A stretch of 60,036 nt of DNA, filler included, from Hausera hauseri (Eukaryota), in the NCBI GenBank assembly GCA_046269625.1. It is 12 parts of 12 records of this genome, joined end to end, with 100 filler letters (N's around TTAATTAATTAA, not from the genome) between each part and the next. Parts side by side here need not be neighbours in the genome. Positions count along the whole stretch, not along the records: positions 46,628 to 51,088 come from JBJURY010569228.1; positions 51,189 to 55,281 come from JBJURY010767096.1; positions 55,382 to 60,036 come from JBJURY010488353.1; 9 more parts are not named here. One strand, 5' to 3'. Below, one piece after another: positions 47,335 to 60,036 of the stretch. Both the position numbers and the translations under genes were made by a program. The notes under the pieces were generated by a model. That model was not told where the DNA came from and did no database searches. It saw only the letters and a program-made list of their open reading frames with translations. Numbering within the stretch: the first letter of the stretch is position 1; each line of letters begins with the position of its first letter.

Positions 47335-50300
47335 TTTCTCGCGGTCTTAAATTATAGCGTTTAGCTGGTCTTATATCTGTTTTAACTACTCTTTGGATTG
47401 TACGATTTCTTTTCCGTTTTTGTTAACATAGACCGTGGTTGGCGTTGTGCGGACGATTTCATATGGTCCTCTGCCGGTACGTGTTAGTTTCAAGGATGTA
47501 CCTTTCTTCGCGACTGGGTAATGTATATAAACCCAATTTTCTTTTTCCATATCATGGGGTTTAATTTTTTTGTCATATTGCTTTTTGAATTGTTTTTGGT
47601 ATTCGAGTGATAATGTTTTTGCAACTTCCCAACACTTTTGTAATCTTGTCTGCAAGACTTCGGCAAAGTTTTGGTCTAGATTCTGGAGGTTCTTTTCATA
47701 CAGTGTCATACCTAGATCTGTGGGTAAAATTGCTTCTCGTCCATACATCATAAAGAACGGTGTAAATCCTGTTGCTGGATGTGGGTTCGTATTGATTGCA
47801 AACTGTGTCCCTTCTAAGAATTCGGCCCAATTCTTTTGGTCTTTGGCTACCACTGTTGATAGTACACGAATGACCGTTGTGTTCATTCGTTCTACCATTC
47901 CTTGTCATTGGGGATGGTACGCAGTAGTGGTTAAATGTTTGATTTCGAATATCTTAGTGATTTTCTCGAATAATTCGCTTGTGAAGTTCCTTCCTCTATC
48001 CGCTAAGATTTTTTCTGGTGGTCCGTATCTGCAGATGATTTTCCTTATCACTGCATCGGCTAGCGTTTCTGCTTTTTGATCCAGTAGTGCAAATAGTTCG
48101 ACAAAATGCGTTAATCGATCTACGCACGTTAAAATATATCTGTTATTTTTGTGAGCTGTGGGCAAGGGTTCCACTATATCCATGGACATAGCTTGCATAG
48201 GCCTATCTGGTATGCTTATTGGTTTTAACTCTGCTAGGTAGCTTTTTATTTTCTTTTGTTTTTTTGCGCAAACTTCGCAAGCGCCTACCCAGTTCTTTAC
48301 ATAGATATAGATGCTTGGCCAATAATATTTATTTAATATTCTTTCCAATGTCTTCTTCCAGGACATGTGTCCAGCTAAATATGAATCGTGTTCGGCCATG
48401 AGTACTTCGATTCGTAATCCTTTTGGAATAACTATTAGCCTTCTTCCTCTTCGTTCGTAATATAGGATGTTATCTTGGTTTGATGCGCGATATTTATGAC
48501 CGTGTCTCTGTAGGTGTTTCTTGAGTTGTCGCCATTTTGGCATTTTGTCATTCTGTATGAACTCCATGATTTTCTGAATAACCTTGTCTTTAGCCTGATC
48601 ATCCGTAATTTTAATCGTCTTATCCAATATTAGAGTTCTTTGTCGTTCAATCAGTTGTTCGAGCTGAGGCTTCTTTATTGTGGTGATTGCACTCGTTTTT
48701 GTGTTTAACCTTGACAGTGCATCGGCACCGAGATGTTTGTTACCCGGCTTGTATTGGAATTCAAAGATATATCAAGAAATTTCTTGGATCCAACGGATCA
48801 ATCTACATGTTGGATTATTAGCCCGTCATTTCAATGTCGTAACTGCTTTGTAATCGGTTATTATTATAATCTTTTGTCCATAGAAATAGACATTAAAGTG
48901 TCGTAGTGCGTCTTTAACAGCTAACGTTTCTAATTCGGTAACTGAATAATTCTTTTCTGCTTTCTTCAACAAGCGTCCTCCATAGGCTATTGAGTGTTCT
49001 AGTTTTTCATCTTCCTGTTTGTGAGCTAATTCATATCCTATGCCTTCTTTACTTGCATCTGTTTTAATGATAAATTGTAAGTTAAAATCAGGGTATCTCA
49101 GAACCGGTTTGCTCATCAAGATTTTCTTCATTTCGTGGAATGCTTTTGGCTCAACTTCCATCCATTTCCATTTAGTTCCTTTCTTGAGCAGGCGATATAG
49201 TGGTGCATTAATTTTTGAATTGTCTGGTACGTAAGTGGTATAATACCCACAGAAGCCTAACCAATGCCTTAACTCTTTTTGATTCTGTGGTTCGATGAAA
49301 TCAGATATTTTATTTAACAGGGATTTATCCGGTTTTGATCCTCCTTCTCCGACTGTGTCCGAAGTATGATACTGCGTTCTGGGCCCATTTCCATTTCTTC
49401 GGATTTAGTTTCAACCCTGCCTGTTCCAGTCGCATGAGTGTATCTTCAATGTCCTTTAAGTGTTCTTCCTCTGTTTTTGATGCCATTATTACGTCGTCTA
49501 AGTATGCGAATGCATGACCGAGTCCCATAAGCATCTTATTCATCATTCTAGTAAAAATAGCTGGTTCTGTGGTGATGCCGAAGGGCATGACGTTGAATTC
49601 ATATACGTCATTGTGTGTTTTAAACGCCGTTTTATATCGATTTTCGTCCTCGATTTCTACTTAACAGTATCCTGATTGTAAGTCGAGAGTGTTAAACCAT
49701 TTCGCTCCTGATAGTCTGTCTAATGCTTCCTTTACCGATGGTAATGGGAACGAGTCTTTCATCATAAACGTGTTTAATGCCCGGTAATCGATACAAAATC
49801 TATGTTTCGTGGTTCCTTTCTTTTTAATTATAAATATAAGCGAGTACCATGATCGGTAACTTGGTCTAATTATATCGGCCTTTAGCATTCATACTACCTC
49901 TTTAGTTATTTCTTGCCTTAAGGAATGAGGAAGTGGGTACCATCTGGGCATCTTTTGTTCTTCTAGATCGATTTCATCATTAGAGCCAGGTTTCTTCCTT
50001 AATGGAATTGCTAATCTCATGGCTTTGCTCTGCCTATATTCTCTTCCTTTTGTGCGATTATTGAGCGGTATTTACATAGTAATTCACAGAACTTGCAATA
50101 CGCCTCCGGAGAAAATTTGGTTTCCACGTGAGGTGGAAATTCAGCGCATTTGTATGGTTTTTCCTCTATTTTTACTGCTGATACCCTGTAAGTATGCCAC
50201 AAAGTAGTGTTAGCGTACAATTTCACGGGGGTTGGCGCATTGTTTACTAGTCTGATAGGTACACGTCCTGTCGTTACTCTGCATAGAATATTGCTAAACA

Positions 50301-51088
50301 TGAGGCTTGGATCGATTCTCTCTTCGGGTTCAAATTATATTAACAGATCTTCGTCTTGACGAATCTGTGCGAAAATTATCATTTCGGTTCTGGGCGGAAT
50401 GTTTTCATCTACTGGGATCCATACTTCGCCCGGTTTCCTTTCTTTTATTACTTTTGTTCCCTTTATTGGTTCCAGCTATAGTAGTTTTCCGCTATGCAAA
50501 TCAATAACCAGGCCTGGTATCTGTTTTAATACGTCACAACCCCGTACTACATCGTCTGTCAACTGGTCCGTTATCGCAAATTCATGTTGAAGTGCTTGAC
50601 CCATCATATAAATGGTGGGAGTCCATTTAAATTTTGGTTTCGATATTTGTCCAAATGCTCCTACGCTACCCGGATCCGATGATGATGGTAGATATAACTG
50701 ACTCCGTAATGTAGTTGGTATGGATTTGTATTTTATGAATGACTTTTCTGATCCTGTGTCCATTAAAGCATATACTTTCCCATATTCAGTGTATATTTTC
50801 GTAAAAGGTCTTCCTTCTACTACTGTTCCAAAACAATTTAACACCATCTGTGAATTCTTCATAGTAGAAATTCTGTGCCCGCTTATTGTTATTTCTGGTG
50901 ATGAAACGATATTTTCCGTTAGTTTCCTTAACTCCTCGTTAGGGTATAAATTATTACTCGCCATTTCATTGACACGGTTGTCGATGAGTGTTTTTTGCGA
51001 TAGCATACCTGAGATCGAACACAGTTTCGGGTTCTCCCAGATCGTTGAATTTGATTCTATGTTACGAGGTATTCTTTTTGAATATATT
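47335..51088 (-). pseudogene. pol: Ty3/gypsy pol: protease-RT-RNase H-integrase
   Basis: ALMDTGSEKSFI, RFCIDYRALN, MPFG, FAYLDD, KTDAS, HDSYLAGH...CEVC, MDIV.PLP, ADRGRNF, MVERMN, GPYEI. Very similar to 23673-26220. Confidence 0.95.
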
Positions 51089-51625
51089 NNNNNNNNNNNN
51101 NNNNNNNNNNNNNNNNNNNNNNNNNNNNNNNNTTAATTAATTAANNNNNNNNNNNNNNNNNNNNNNNNNNNNNNNNNNNNNNNNNNNNGGTACGGAACCC
51201 GTCGTTCCCGCCGTTGGCCTGGCTTGTTGCGTACAGCGCATTCTGTCTGCGCTGGAGGCTGGCGAATACACTGAGCTAGAGCGACAACGCGATGAGTTTG
51301 AAACGCGCCTTTTGGATTTAGGGTACGTCTCGATCGTTGGTGCCGATGCCCCTCGATTGCCACACACTTCCAATCTTTCCTTCAAAGGTGTTTAAATATA
51401 GCCGAGTTACTCAAAGCACAGTACGGCGTGTCACGTTTCCAGCGCGAGCGGTCAGAGTGACGGGACGCGGATGGTGGGACACAGGAACAAAGACCCCTGG
51501 GGTGCACGTGTGCACACAGCCGTAGGAATGACGAGAATGAAAAGCTACTTGAAACAGGAACAAAAAGTAGAGAAAAAGCTATTCAGGAAATCACTCACCA
51601 TGCATCTCAAGAAGAAATTGTCCCC

Positions 51626-53632
51626 GTGGTCATGGAAAAAATGACGAGTCAATTACAGGTGGAAATCCAGAAAAGCGATGGTGTAAAGGCCAATGGAATA
51701 TTTTTTCAATTTATGCTACTTTTATTGGTGTTATTTTCGGATTTTAAGAAGACTGGAACAATATTGGCTTATGATTGCAACCAAATATACGAAGGTAGCT
51801 ATTACTCATTGATGGATTTACAATAATGCCCAGATGCCCTTCCGAGGAAATTAGAGACTCAAACGCAGACTTTATATATTTATTATGATAAAACTATGTT
51901 ACACATAAAGGCATTGGAATGTTCTGTACGTATATCGCGTACTATTTCTCATTGCGGTCACCTACACTACGACTCGTACATTAAGCCAATTACCATACCC
52001 AAATGCGTGTCAGTAAATCCTGCATATTATAGAGATGCGGGAGAAACTCAAAAGTTGAAATGGGAAGATATTTTGCTCACAGCTATAAAAGGGCAAGTAA
52101 CCCAACAAGATAAATGGATCGCTGGTTATAAAGATGAAAAGGGAAATTGTAGAGGAGGAAATTTTGATACCCGAAAAGGTATTGAAGAAAGTATAGTAGT
52201 ACATGACCAGTACGAGGTCGAGATTAAGGATAATACCTAAATTTTTGAGACTTGTACAAATAAAATGGAAAACTTATCCTTTTGCAAGTTGCAAACGGAA
52301 CATTGTCATACTAGAACATCCACAATAGTATGGACACCTCCCATAAGTTATGATTGTACAATAGCACAAATCAGAAAAGGAGAATTCAGTGTCACTACCC
52401 AAAAAAACGCTATGCCCGTCACTATGAGTCTAATTTTGAGCATACCAATATTCAAGTTATTCCGGAAGTAAAAACTCCAAAAATTGTGATATATAAGGAT
52501 ATCAAAGGAGGAGTCTAATTTATACAACAAGACGCAATCACAAAATGATGACAACAAGTATATAATACTAATTACGATAATTATTTTATATTAGAAAGAG
52601 AGATAAAAGGTGCGGATAATGCTCCCACTAACAAAGCTTAGTTAGTAAATATTGCCAATTATATAGCAAATCGGGATGATTTTTGTTTTATCTAACTCAC
52701 AAAGCAATTGAAGAAATATATTCTGAGACCATTCAGAACTTTTGCAGAGTGAATCTTGAAACTTTGAGAAACCGTTTGGCTATCTATGCATCTAACCCAG
52801 AAATGATCACAATAACCCTTCCCTTTGGCGAAGGAATTCAGGGAAGAGTCCTAAGAGAAGTGCTATATACATACAAGTGCAAACGATTAGACCTACCCCT
52901 GATTACTGGTACTCCTTGCTACTCTGAGATACCTGTTAAGTATAATGAAGAAATCCGATACGTTCAGCCGATTACCCGAGTACTTCTATCACCACATAAA
53001 ATACCCACGGAAATTCAAAATTGTTCAGTACTAAATAAACCATTTATCAAGTACGACAATCAGGACCTTTGAATTAGATTACTGGATCGTGAAAGAGTTA
53101 AGAAAAGACCGAAGAATTTGACGATGGCGAATTTGAAACATGCAATTAAAAGCAATATGTTTACGGACGTGTCCAAATCCGCATTATACAGCAAAAAGAA
53201 ATGGGTTTATTCGTGAAGTTTTTAGCATACCCTCGACAGAGAGAGCAAATAGTAAATCGCGGAATACACCGAGAAATCGATGACAAAGCCGTAGAAGGAA
53301 AATGGGACCGCTTATGGACACCTGAGGCCTATACTAAAATCGATTCAAATCTGTGGTATAAAATGTGAGGCAGATTCCTGAGATTTGGTCAAGTAGCCTC
53401 TAGGTTAATGGTCATATACTTCATTATACAGACTTTCAAAATCTGTATCAATTCCGTATTAAATGCATATAAGATTTAGAACTTAAAGGGACAACCTCCA
53501 AGCATAATAGGTGCTCTATTTTCCCCAATTGGTAAATTCATTAAAGTTTACCATAAGAAACAATGGCGAGGTAAACTAGAAAAACATGTTGATTATAAAT
53601 CGAAGAAGCTTTTTCCAAAGGACACCCCGTAA
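51626..53632 (+). pseudogene. env: Chuvirus-like (class III, gB-like) envelope glycoprotein
   Basis: FMLLLLVLF...LAYDC...YSLMDL..C; LECSVRISRTISHCGHLHY; AG..DEKGNCRGG; IYSETIQNFCRVN.ETLRN.LAI...NPE; EVLYTYKC; CYSEIPV; PITRVL; FLAYPRQRE; GRFLRFGQVAS..MVIYFII. Confidence 0.88.
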
Positions 53633-53902
53633 AGTTCCGATAAAGACAACGCCCCTGGATATTATCCTACCACAGGGACTACAAAGCACACGAAAGGGAA
53701 ATTTAGGTTTATGAAACCAAAGGAGAAAAATATACCCAAATCTCTTGCTGTGCCATATGAGAATAAAACCGTGCCCATTTGTAGATTACCAATATTAACA
53801 GACCTAAATGATCCGTATGGAAAAATGGAGGAGTATATAAAACTATGTAACTTACCAAAATATTCTCAGGAAGACATACGTTAATCCTTTATTATACGAA
53901 AC

Positions 53903-55281
53903 ATGGAAAGCAACCGTGTAACATTACCTACATCACATAAGATATGTACACTGCCACCTACACCTTATCATCAAACAAACCGATTAATGAAAGATCAAGT
54001 AGATAGAGAACCCAATTTAACGACCTCAGCATCCGTTAGTAGGCAAAACGCAACATTCCAACGTGTAAGTTGCTACATAGACCTGACTGAACTCAAAGAG
54101 GAAGTGAATGGAGTGGAAAACAATACCCAGTCTTTGCAAAGTTTAACCGTTTTATTATCAAGCGGCACTACCCGATATTGTTCAACTAGTTACAGCTTGA
54201 TGGAACCACATATAGATAATCACAACGATGTATTAACGTTTCTCGAGCTGTTACGCGATAATCGACCTCACATCGGAGTTCACTTTTATAGCTTTGACCT
54301 GAATGTTATGGTTGACACTGGCGCTAACGTTGCATTAATAGCAAAACATGTCATTCCAGAAGAATTGCAATTTCAAATAAAATTGGCTACTAAAGACTCA
54401 CCTGGTACTACTTCGGCTTTCCAGCAATGCAGTAAACCTTATGCATACTGGAAAAGTGAACTTTGGATTTGTGGACAGAAAGTCATGATAACTTTTGATG
54501 TAATGGTTACCATAGATCCGCGATGCATTTTGGGTATGAATGTGTTGCGAAAATTGGAAGGATTACACATAAACTTACAATCAGGATCAATTTGTCGAAA
54601 TATTGATAATAAACCCCCTAATTACAACAAAACAGACATCTGAGTAGAACATGTTGAGAAAATGCTACCCAATTCTAGAATGGTTATACATGCCAGAACA
54701 ATATTCCCAGACAACAGTGTAATTGACTTTGTGCCGAAAACTCTTCGAAATGAGCTTATATTACCACATTACTGCGTTAAAGTAATTGGAGGTACCATTC
54801 CCGTAGAAGTTCTAAATCTCTCTCCAAGATTTGTCACGATATTCACTAAAACAAAAATTGGACAGACATTGGAAACTACAGGCCAAGAAAAATACGATAA
54901 CAAAGTTGCGGCCATCTCCACAGCCGAACATGCTAATGTTGAAGACACACTTAATGTCATTCTTACTAAAGTCAAGCAGATTTTATCAGATAAATATCTA
55001 AGGAATTTCTCAAACCTCATTTGTCAGTACCTTGATACTTTGCAAAAAAAGAAACGGATATCAGACGAACAGATTTTGTCGAATTTAGATTGTCGTTTAT
55101 GCTCGACCTCACAACCGGAAAGGAGATAGATCTATTACGACAACCTATACCAAAATGGTACCCTCCTCCAAAAGCACGCCAAAGGGAAGTTGAGGAACAA
55201 ATTCAGGCAATGCTCGATAAGGGTATCATAGAATTAAGTCAATCACCATGGCTTCTCCCATAGTTATGGCCAGGAAAGCTA
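53903..55281 (+). pseudogene. pol: Aspartic protease, PR-RT spacer and start of RT
   Basis: VMVDTGANVALI (DTG at 54314), ILGMNVL, then PKWYPPP...EVEEQIQAMLDKGII..SQSPW. Confidence 0.88.
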
Positions 55282-56684
55282 NNNNNNNNNNNNNNNNNNN
55301 NNNNNNNNNNNNNNNNNNNNNNNNNTTAATTAATTAANNNNNNNNNNNNNNNNNNNNNNNNNNNNNNNNNNNNNNNNNNNNAACCCTAAAACATTTTTTC
55401 GTAATTCAAATTCTAAAAAAGAAAAAAATACAAAAAAAAACCCCCATTAAACATTTTAACTCAAAACTTTGGAAAGATTAGTTATATCAACATCTAGCAG
55501 AAGCGTTCATTGAAGAAGAGCATGATTGTTGCAGTTTTAGTGGTACCTGGATCGTCAGTAGCATCTCATGGCTGTGTGAGTGTCACACTGCTTCAGTATT
55601 GTCTAGTAATCGGTGTGATGTCCTTCTAAAAAGTTCTCGAAAAGAACTCTAGAATCATTAAGCAACACAGAACTGGTATAGTTGACCATCAAACGCTGGA
55701 GGAAAGAGTGATGAGGAGATTGGAGCACCTATGGATTTGTCCGGAGTGCAGTGATGATGATTCAGCTCATAACTCAGGTCCTGATGTTTCTAGCAACCCA
55801 CGCCATGGTATATAAACCTTGTGACACACACATGACTGTGGTTGTCTGCTAGTTGAACAACTCGGCTAAAGACTCCTCTTAGTTCATAGTTTCTACCAGG
55901 AGGTATGTTATTTTCATTACTCTACTCTGACTTGGTGAACATATGATTAAGTTTTGCCTCTGTTTAATGTTCTGTATTTAATACCTGTTCATCTATATTA
56001 TCTATTAAAATAGTCGTCCCCCCTCCCCCTACACTTGCTTTGATTTAAAAATATTTTGGAAAATTGTAAAAAAAATTTAATTTAACTCTCTCAAATAATT
56101 TTTATGAAATTAAATTGAGAAAATGAACCTCGAGATTCACGTTTTATATTACAACTCGTGTTCATAATTAAAGCCTGGACACAATTAAAACTTTTAATCA
56201 TGTACTTCTTTTACTAAATTTCATTTGTATCATCTTAATAAATAAACATATAAGTGTATTAGAAAACTGTATTCCTAAATTTGTTTTTCATTAAACACAG
56301 ATGTAAAATTTGGCTTCAATTAAAATGTAAAAGATTAGGTAAAAGTTTGTTTCTTGTTTATCTTATTCTTATATCAGGTATTTGAGGGATTTGAGAAGCA
56401 CCTCTACTTAATAGCAAGAATTTTCATTAGAATCAAATTAAATCAACTTTATTTTCAAATGGATAAGAATTGGGCACACAGGCCCGTCTTACATTCTGCC
56501 CTTTACTCACATCGTTCATACAGCTTGCATTCATTCAGGTACACACCATAACATTTAGTTACATTATCCAGCATGTACAGAACAGCATATCCAGCAAGAG
56601 TCTTATCACTTCTGTTAACTTTCTCTATCCTGTATTGTTCAGCTATCTTTCATCTAGAACTGTATATGTTCTTTGTGTTCACAG

Positions 56685-56820
56685 AGTGGGATCTTGCGCT
56701 ACTGTGGTCCAACTGAATTTGCACCTGGTTTGTGGGCTGGGGTAGAGCTGGATGAATCAGCTGGAAAAAATAATGGCAGTGTTGGAGGAATTAGCTATTT
56801 CAACTGCCCTAACAACTGTG
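56685..56820 (+). CDS. CAP-Gly domain exon (CLIP-family-like host gene)
   Basis: TTCTTTGTGTTCACAG acceptor; SGILRYCGPTEFAPGLWAGVELDESAGKNNGSVGGISYFNCPNNC; GTGAAT donor. Confidence 0.88.
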
Positions 56821-57389
56821 GTGAATCTTTATTGTTGTTTCTCTTTTTCTTTTTTTTTTTTAATTTAAATACGTGTTTCAGTGTCATTTTCTCAGTTGTT
56901 TTAAAAAGGAAAATAAAAATAGTTTTCGTGAAAAAGGATTAGATATTGGCTTATCTCTGTTGTTTTACTCATCACCATTTGTATAAAGGATGCAGAAATT
57001 CATGAGTTTGGATGAAGATTCTCTTGATAAGTGTATTACACAATTATAAATAGTCCCCTTTTATCTTGTAAAATTGATTCCATCACGAAAACGTATATTT
57101 TCAGATAAGTTACAAAGAATTCGTTCGCATCAAAGTTTAGTGCTGGCTGGCACTTGCGTGTTCTGGGTAACTGAAATGTAGGTGTCTACACACTGTCATT
57201 ACTTTGCGAGAACAAGCTTCATATATCAGAGATCAACAAATATCGTATAAGATACATGGGGCTGAAGATGATAAAAGAATATATTTAGCTGTGATCAGAA
57301 TGCCGCTCTTGACGATCTATTACCTATCAGACAAAGGCACTAGGCATATGTCTTTCTCAGTTTTGATGGTGATTTGTAGAGGGGTGGAA

Positions 57390-58260
57390 GCTGGCATCGC
57401 AGAACTGTTAGACTCGTATACTGTTGCAGCAGGTGCTCAACTGACTCTCCATATTGGTGGCAGTTTGGCTCACGTTATGGATCTAATCTGTTTAGGTGTT
57501 TATTGACTAGAGTATGTCCGGTTCTCAGTTGGAAAATCAGGCTTTGGCCTCTTGTTTGCAAGTGATGTTTCATGTTTTTTGAGTCTTTTTTTGCTTTTGT
57601 GTTTAAAGAGTCCAATACCTGTTTTGGAAGTGGCCCACTGGTTCAGTCATTTCTCTTTGTAGTTATTTCTCAGAATCTTTCTGCATGCTTGGAAAGCAGT
57701 GCTCGTTGGGGACTCTTGATCCTGTCAGCGAAGAAAGCGACTCCACAATGATTCCGGTGAAACTTCAGACCTTATAGGAGCTGACAGCCGCAGAAATTAA
57801 ACATTTATTTAAAGGGTACTGTTTTCTGTAATTTTAAAAACAAATTGAACAATATAGCAGCGAAACAGCGAGCGTCAAGAACTTCATTGTTTGTCTATTT
57901 AGCTTGAAAGATTCGCTTTCCTCTTCTAAAATCCGCTTAGTTGGGGTGGAGGATTTTCTCTTTCTCTAACCACCAGTAAAGCCGTGGGTCATGCGTAATT
58001 TTCCAATACTGGATGTAAGAGAGGTACGTAGATAGCTAATTCATTTCACCATATGGTTTGTATCTTTTGAGGATGGCTGTTTTCCATCCTGTAGGTACAG
58101 TACCTTGTCTCCAAGTTTTGTTAATAAAATTTAGGATTGTCAGCAACTCTTTTTTCACCAAGTCTGAGTAGCATTTCGTAGGTGATGTGGTCTGGTCCTG
58201 GTGCTTTTTTGAGTTCCATCTTGTTGAGACGCGACTTAAACTCAGATGCAGTTAATTCTT
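57390..58260 (-). mobile_element. Degenerate I-group non-LTR retrotransposon, internally deleted
   Basis: KAPGPDHITYEML...INKTWRQG.VP.GWKTA...SLTSSIGK (RT N-terminus, about 58000-58260) and LIFQLRTGH..VNKHLNRL (C-terminus, about 57470-57540). Confidence 0.75.
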
Positions 58261-60036
58261 CATAAAAATGTTGTTATTGGCTTTCTGTGTTTTCATCATG
58301 CGTTTAGTCGGAATTTCTGATGGCTTTGTCCAGCTTGAGTCTTTTGCACCTAAGTGCATACAGAAGAACACTGCAAGAAAAAGTGATGTCAGCTTGGAGT
58401 CTGATTTGGTGTACATCAGGATGAAATGCAAAGCATCGACAGGTGTGGAAGTTCCTTTTCGATAGCTGCCCACGTGTCATGAGCACTGAGGTTGCATAGA
58501 GAGAGAAGATAGCATATATCACTCGTAATATTCTAACAAAAACGCAAAATATGTGGAAGAACCTAAACTAAAATGAGAAATGCTGAAAAAATAGCACCCA
58601 GTCATAAAGTATACAACCAAGCTTCCAAATTTTAAAACCGCTGCCATATACAGATGGAACGATTTCCTGTTACTATATCCACTCTTCACACTTGTATATC
58701 AGACGAGAAGGTAAATTGCTTGTTTTGTGGTTCACGGTTTGCACATCAGATTCACAGTCGGGAAAGCGAGGTGCGAAATGAATGATGGGACAATCATCTT
58801 GAAAGACAGACAGCAACACACATTTTAGAGACAGGTAGAATAACATTGAAAACACTGATGCAAGAAGAGACCGTCGGAGTGATACATGTAATCCGGGGCG
58901 CTGATGAACATTGAGACTGAATTATTTTAGGAGATAAAATATCAGTCATTTTGTGTGTTACTGGGTGCAATGTAATTTGTATTTCGGTTAACTTTCCTCG
59001 ATTTTTACATGAAACGTAAGGGGTATTTGTGAATTAGTTTTCTAACACTTAATTCGTCTGTTAGTAAAGCATTCTGCGAATTAGGTACACGAGTATAAGC
59101 CTAGCTTGAAGATCTCGCGCAAAAAGGTGTCTCCGTGAGAGGAAGCCGAAGTGAATTCTGGCATATAGAAACTAGATACCGTGGCTCTCATCTACTTTTC
59201 CTGCAGTATGCCAGGTAAACTGATTAAAAAATGCCAGTGTTTTTTTTTTTCGGAGCACCTGTTGAAAAAAAATCTTTGGAATAAACTCTGAGGGAAAATG
59301 ATGCAGATACATACGTCTAAAGATCAAAACGAAACCAACCGTGAGCATTGTTGCAGCCTATATTTTTGACAACTGAGATGAGTCTAGAATGACTGCCATC
59401 GGTTGATATAAACTGATTATAAACTGGTTATTGCAATCAACCCTCGTTATGAAAGCAATTTACAGACATGAATGAGTCTGGCTGCTGAAAGGTGTTAACA
59501 TTCGCAGCAGCACTTGGACTTATTGTCCTGGTCATGTTTATCGTCTGGAGTATGGAGAGGGCCTACTGACCACTGCAAAGGCTGCAGTGAACAGCAACCA
59601 GATATCAAGAGATGATGTACAATTGATGAGAGGGTCAAACAAGAAACTAGTAAAGGAGAAAACGTGGACTGGGAAGAAAATGTCACACAAATGTTGGAGT
59701 TTGGAGTGAAGGCTAGACAACGTGCAAAATATAACCTTACACACAAGACAAGAGGAACTTTCAGTCAACATCAATCCTAAATGATGGTCATGAATACATT
59801 TCATCGGACGAAACGTGAATGAGAATACCCTGAATGCCACGATGCAAGTTCTTAGGAAAAGACATGACAAGAGCATTTTTTGTTCTCCACAACATTAGAT
59901 TTTCCATTTCTGATGTTTCTCTAGTGCAGGAAAGACATATCCACTGAATCTGTAGACACTGGTATGGTGCATGTTAATGATGTGTGCACCTTTTTGATTT
60001 CTGAGTTTGTCTTAATAAATTTGGAACTGGTCTGTA

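Noticed and set aside
47570-48079. Antisense ORFs over pol, integrase and ATPase (also 10595-11089, 50720-51136, 2085-2417)
   Set aside because: They are shadows of the coding strand with no independent motifs.
55660-55810. Possible upstream exon of the CAP-Gly gene (LWICPECSDDD)
   Set aside because: Splice boundaries and homology could not be established by eye.
59500-59900. VWRGPTDHCKGC resembling the Chapaev3 VWREP.DH..DC motif
   Set aside because: No flanking transposase motifs could be traced; too short to call.

Overview
The window is not one locus. It is 12 eukaryotic contigs (C1 1-4244, C2 4345-8382, C3 8483-14056, C4 14157-18832, C5 18933-23572, C6 23673-30027, C7 30128-34968, C8 35069-41167, C9 41268-46527, C10 46628-51088, C11 51189-55281, C12 55382-60036) joined by an artificial 100-bp spacer (44 N + TTAATTAATTAA + 44 N). 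Nearly everything is decayed mobile DNA. (i) C1 and C8 hold two copies of a conventional CsRn1-like Ty3/gypsy element. (ii) C2 and C3 hold two copies of a Polinton/Maverick (adintovirus-like) element with integrase, packaging ATPase, two minor-capsid (penton) paralogues, dUTPase, a DEDD nuclease and, unusually, a TATA-binding-protein homologue. C2 also carries an intronless TRAF-type MATH-only gene. (iii) C5, C6, C7, C9, C10 and C11 are fragments of a large, complex Ty3/gypsy-like endogenous virus group. In it a chuvirus-type (class III, gB-like) glycoprotein lies between Gag/accessory domains and the protease, apparently in one polyprotein frame. A second unrelated type-I membrane protein follows integrase, and REX4/ISG20-like exonuclease-fold domains and a RING finger precede a PPT-LTR-PBS unit. 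(iv) The remainder is a teleost-like contig (Rex3, Tc1, housekeeping promoter), a Chapaev3 transposon, a PIG-A pseudogene, a CAP-Gly exon and an I-group LINE remnant. All family calls come from motif recognition by eye. No database search was run, and the full-length retroelement is a composite inferred across contigs from different subfamilies.
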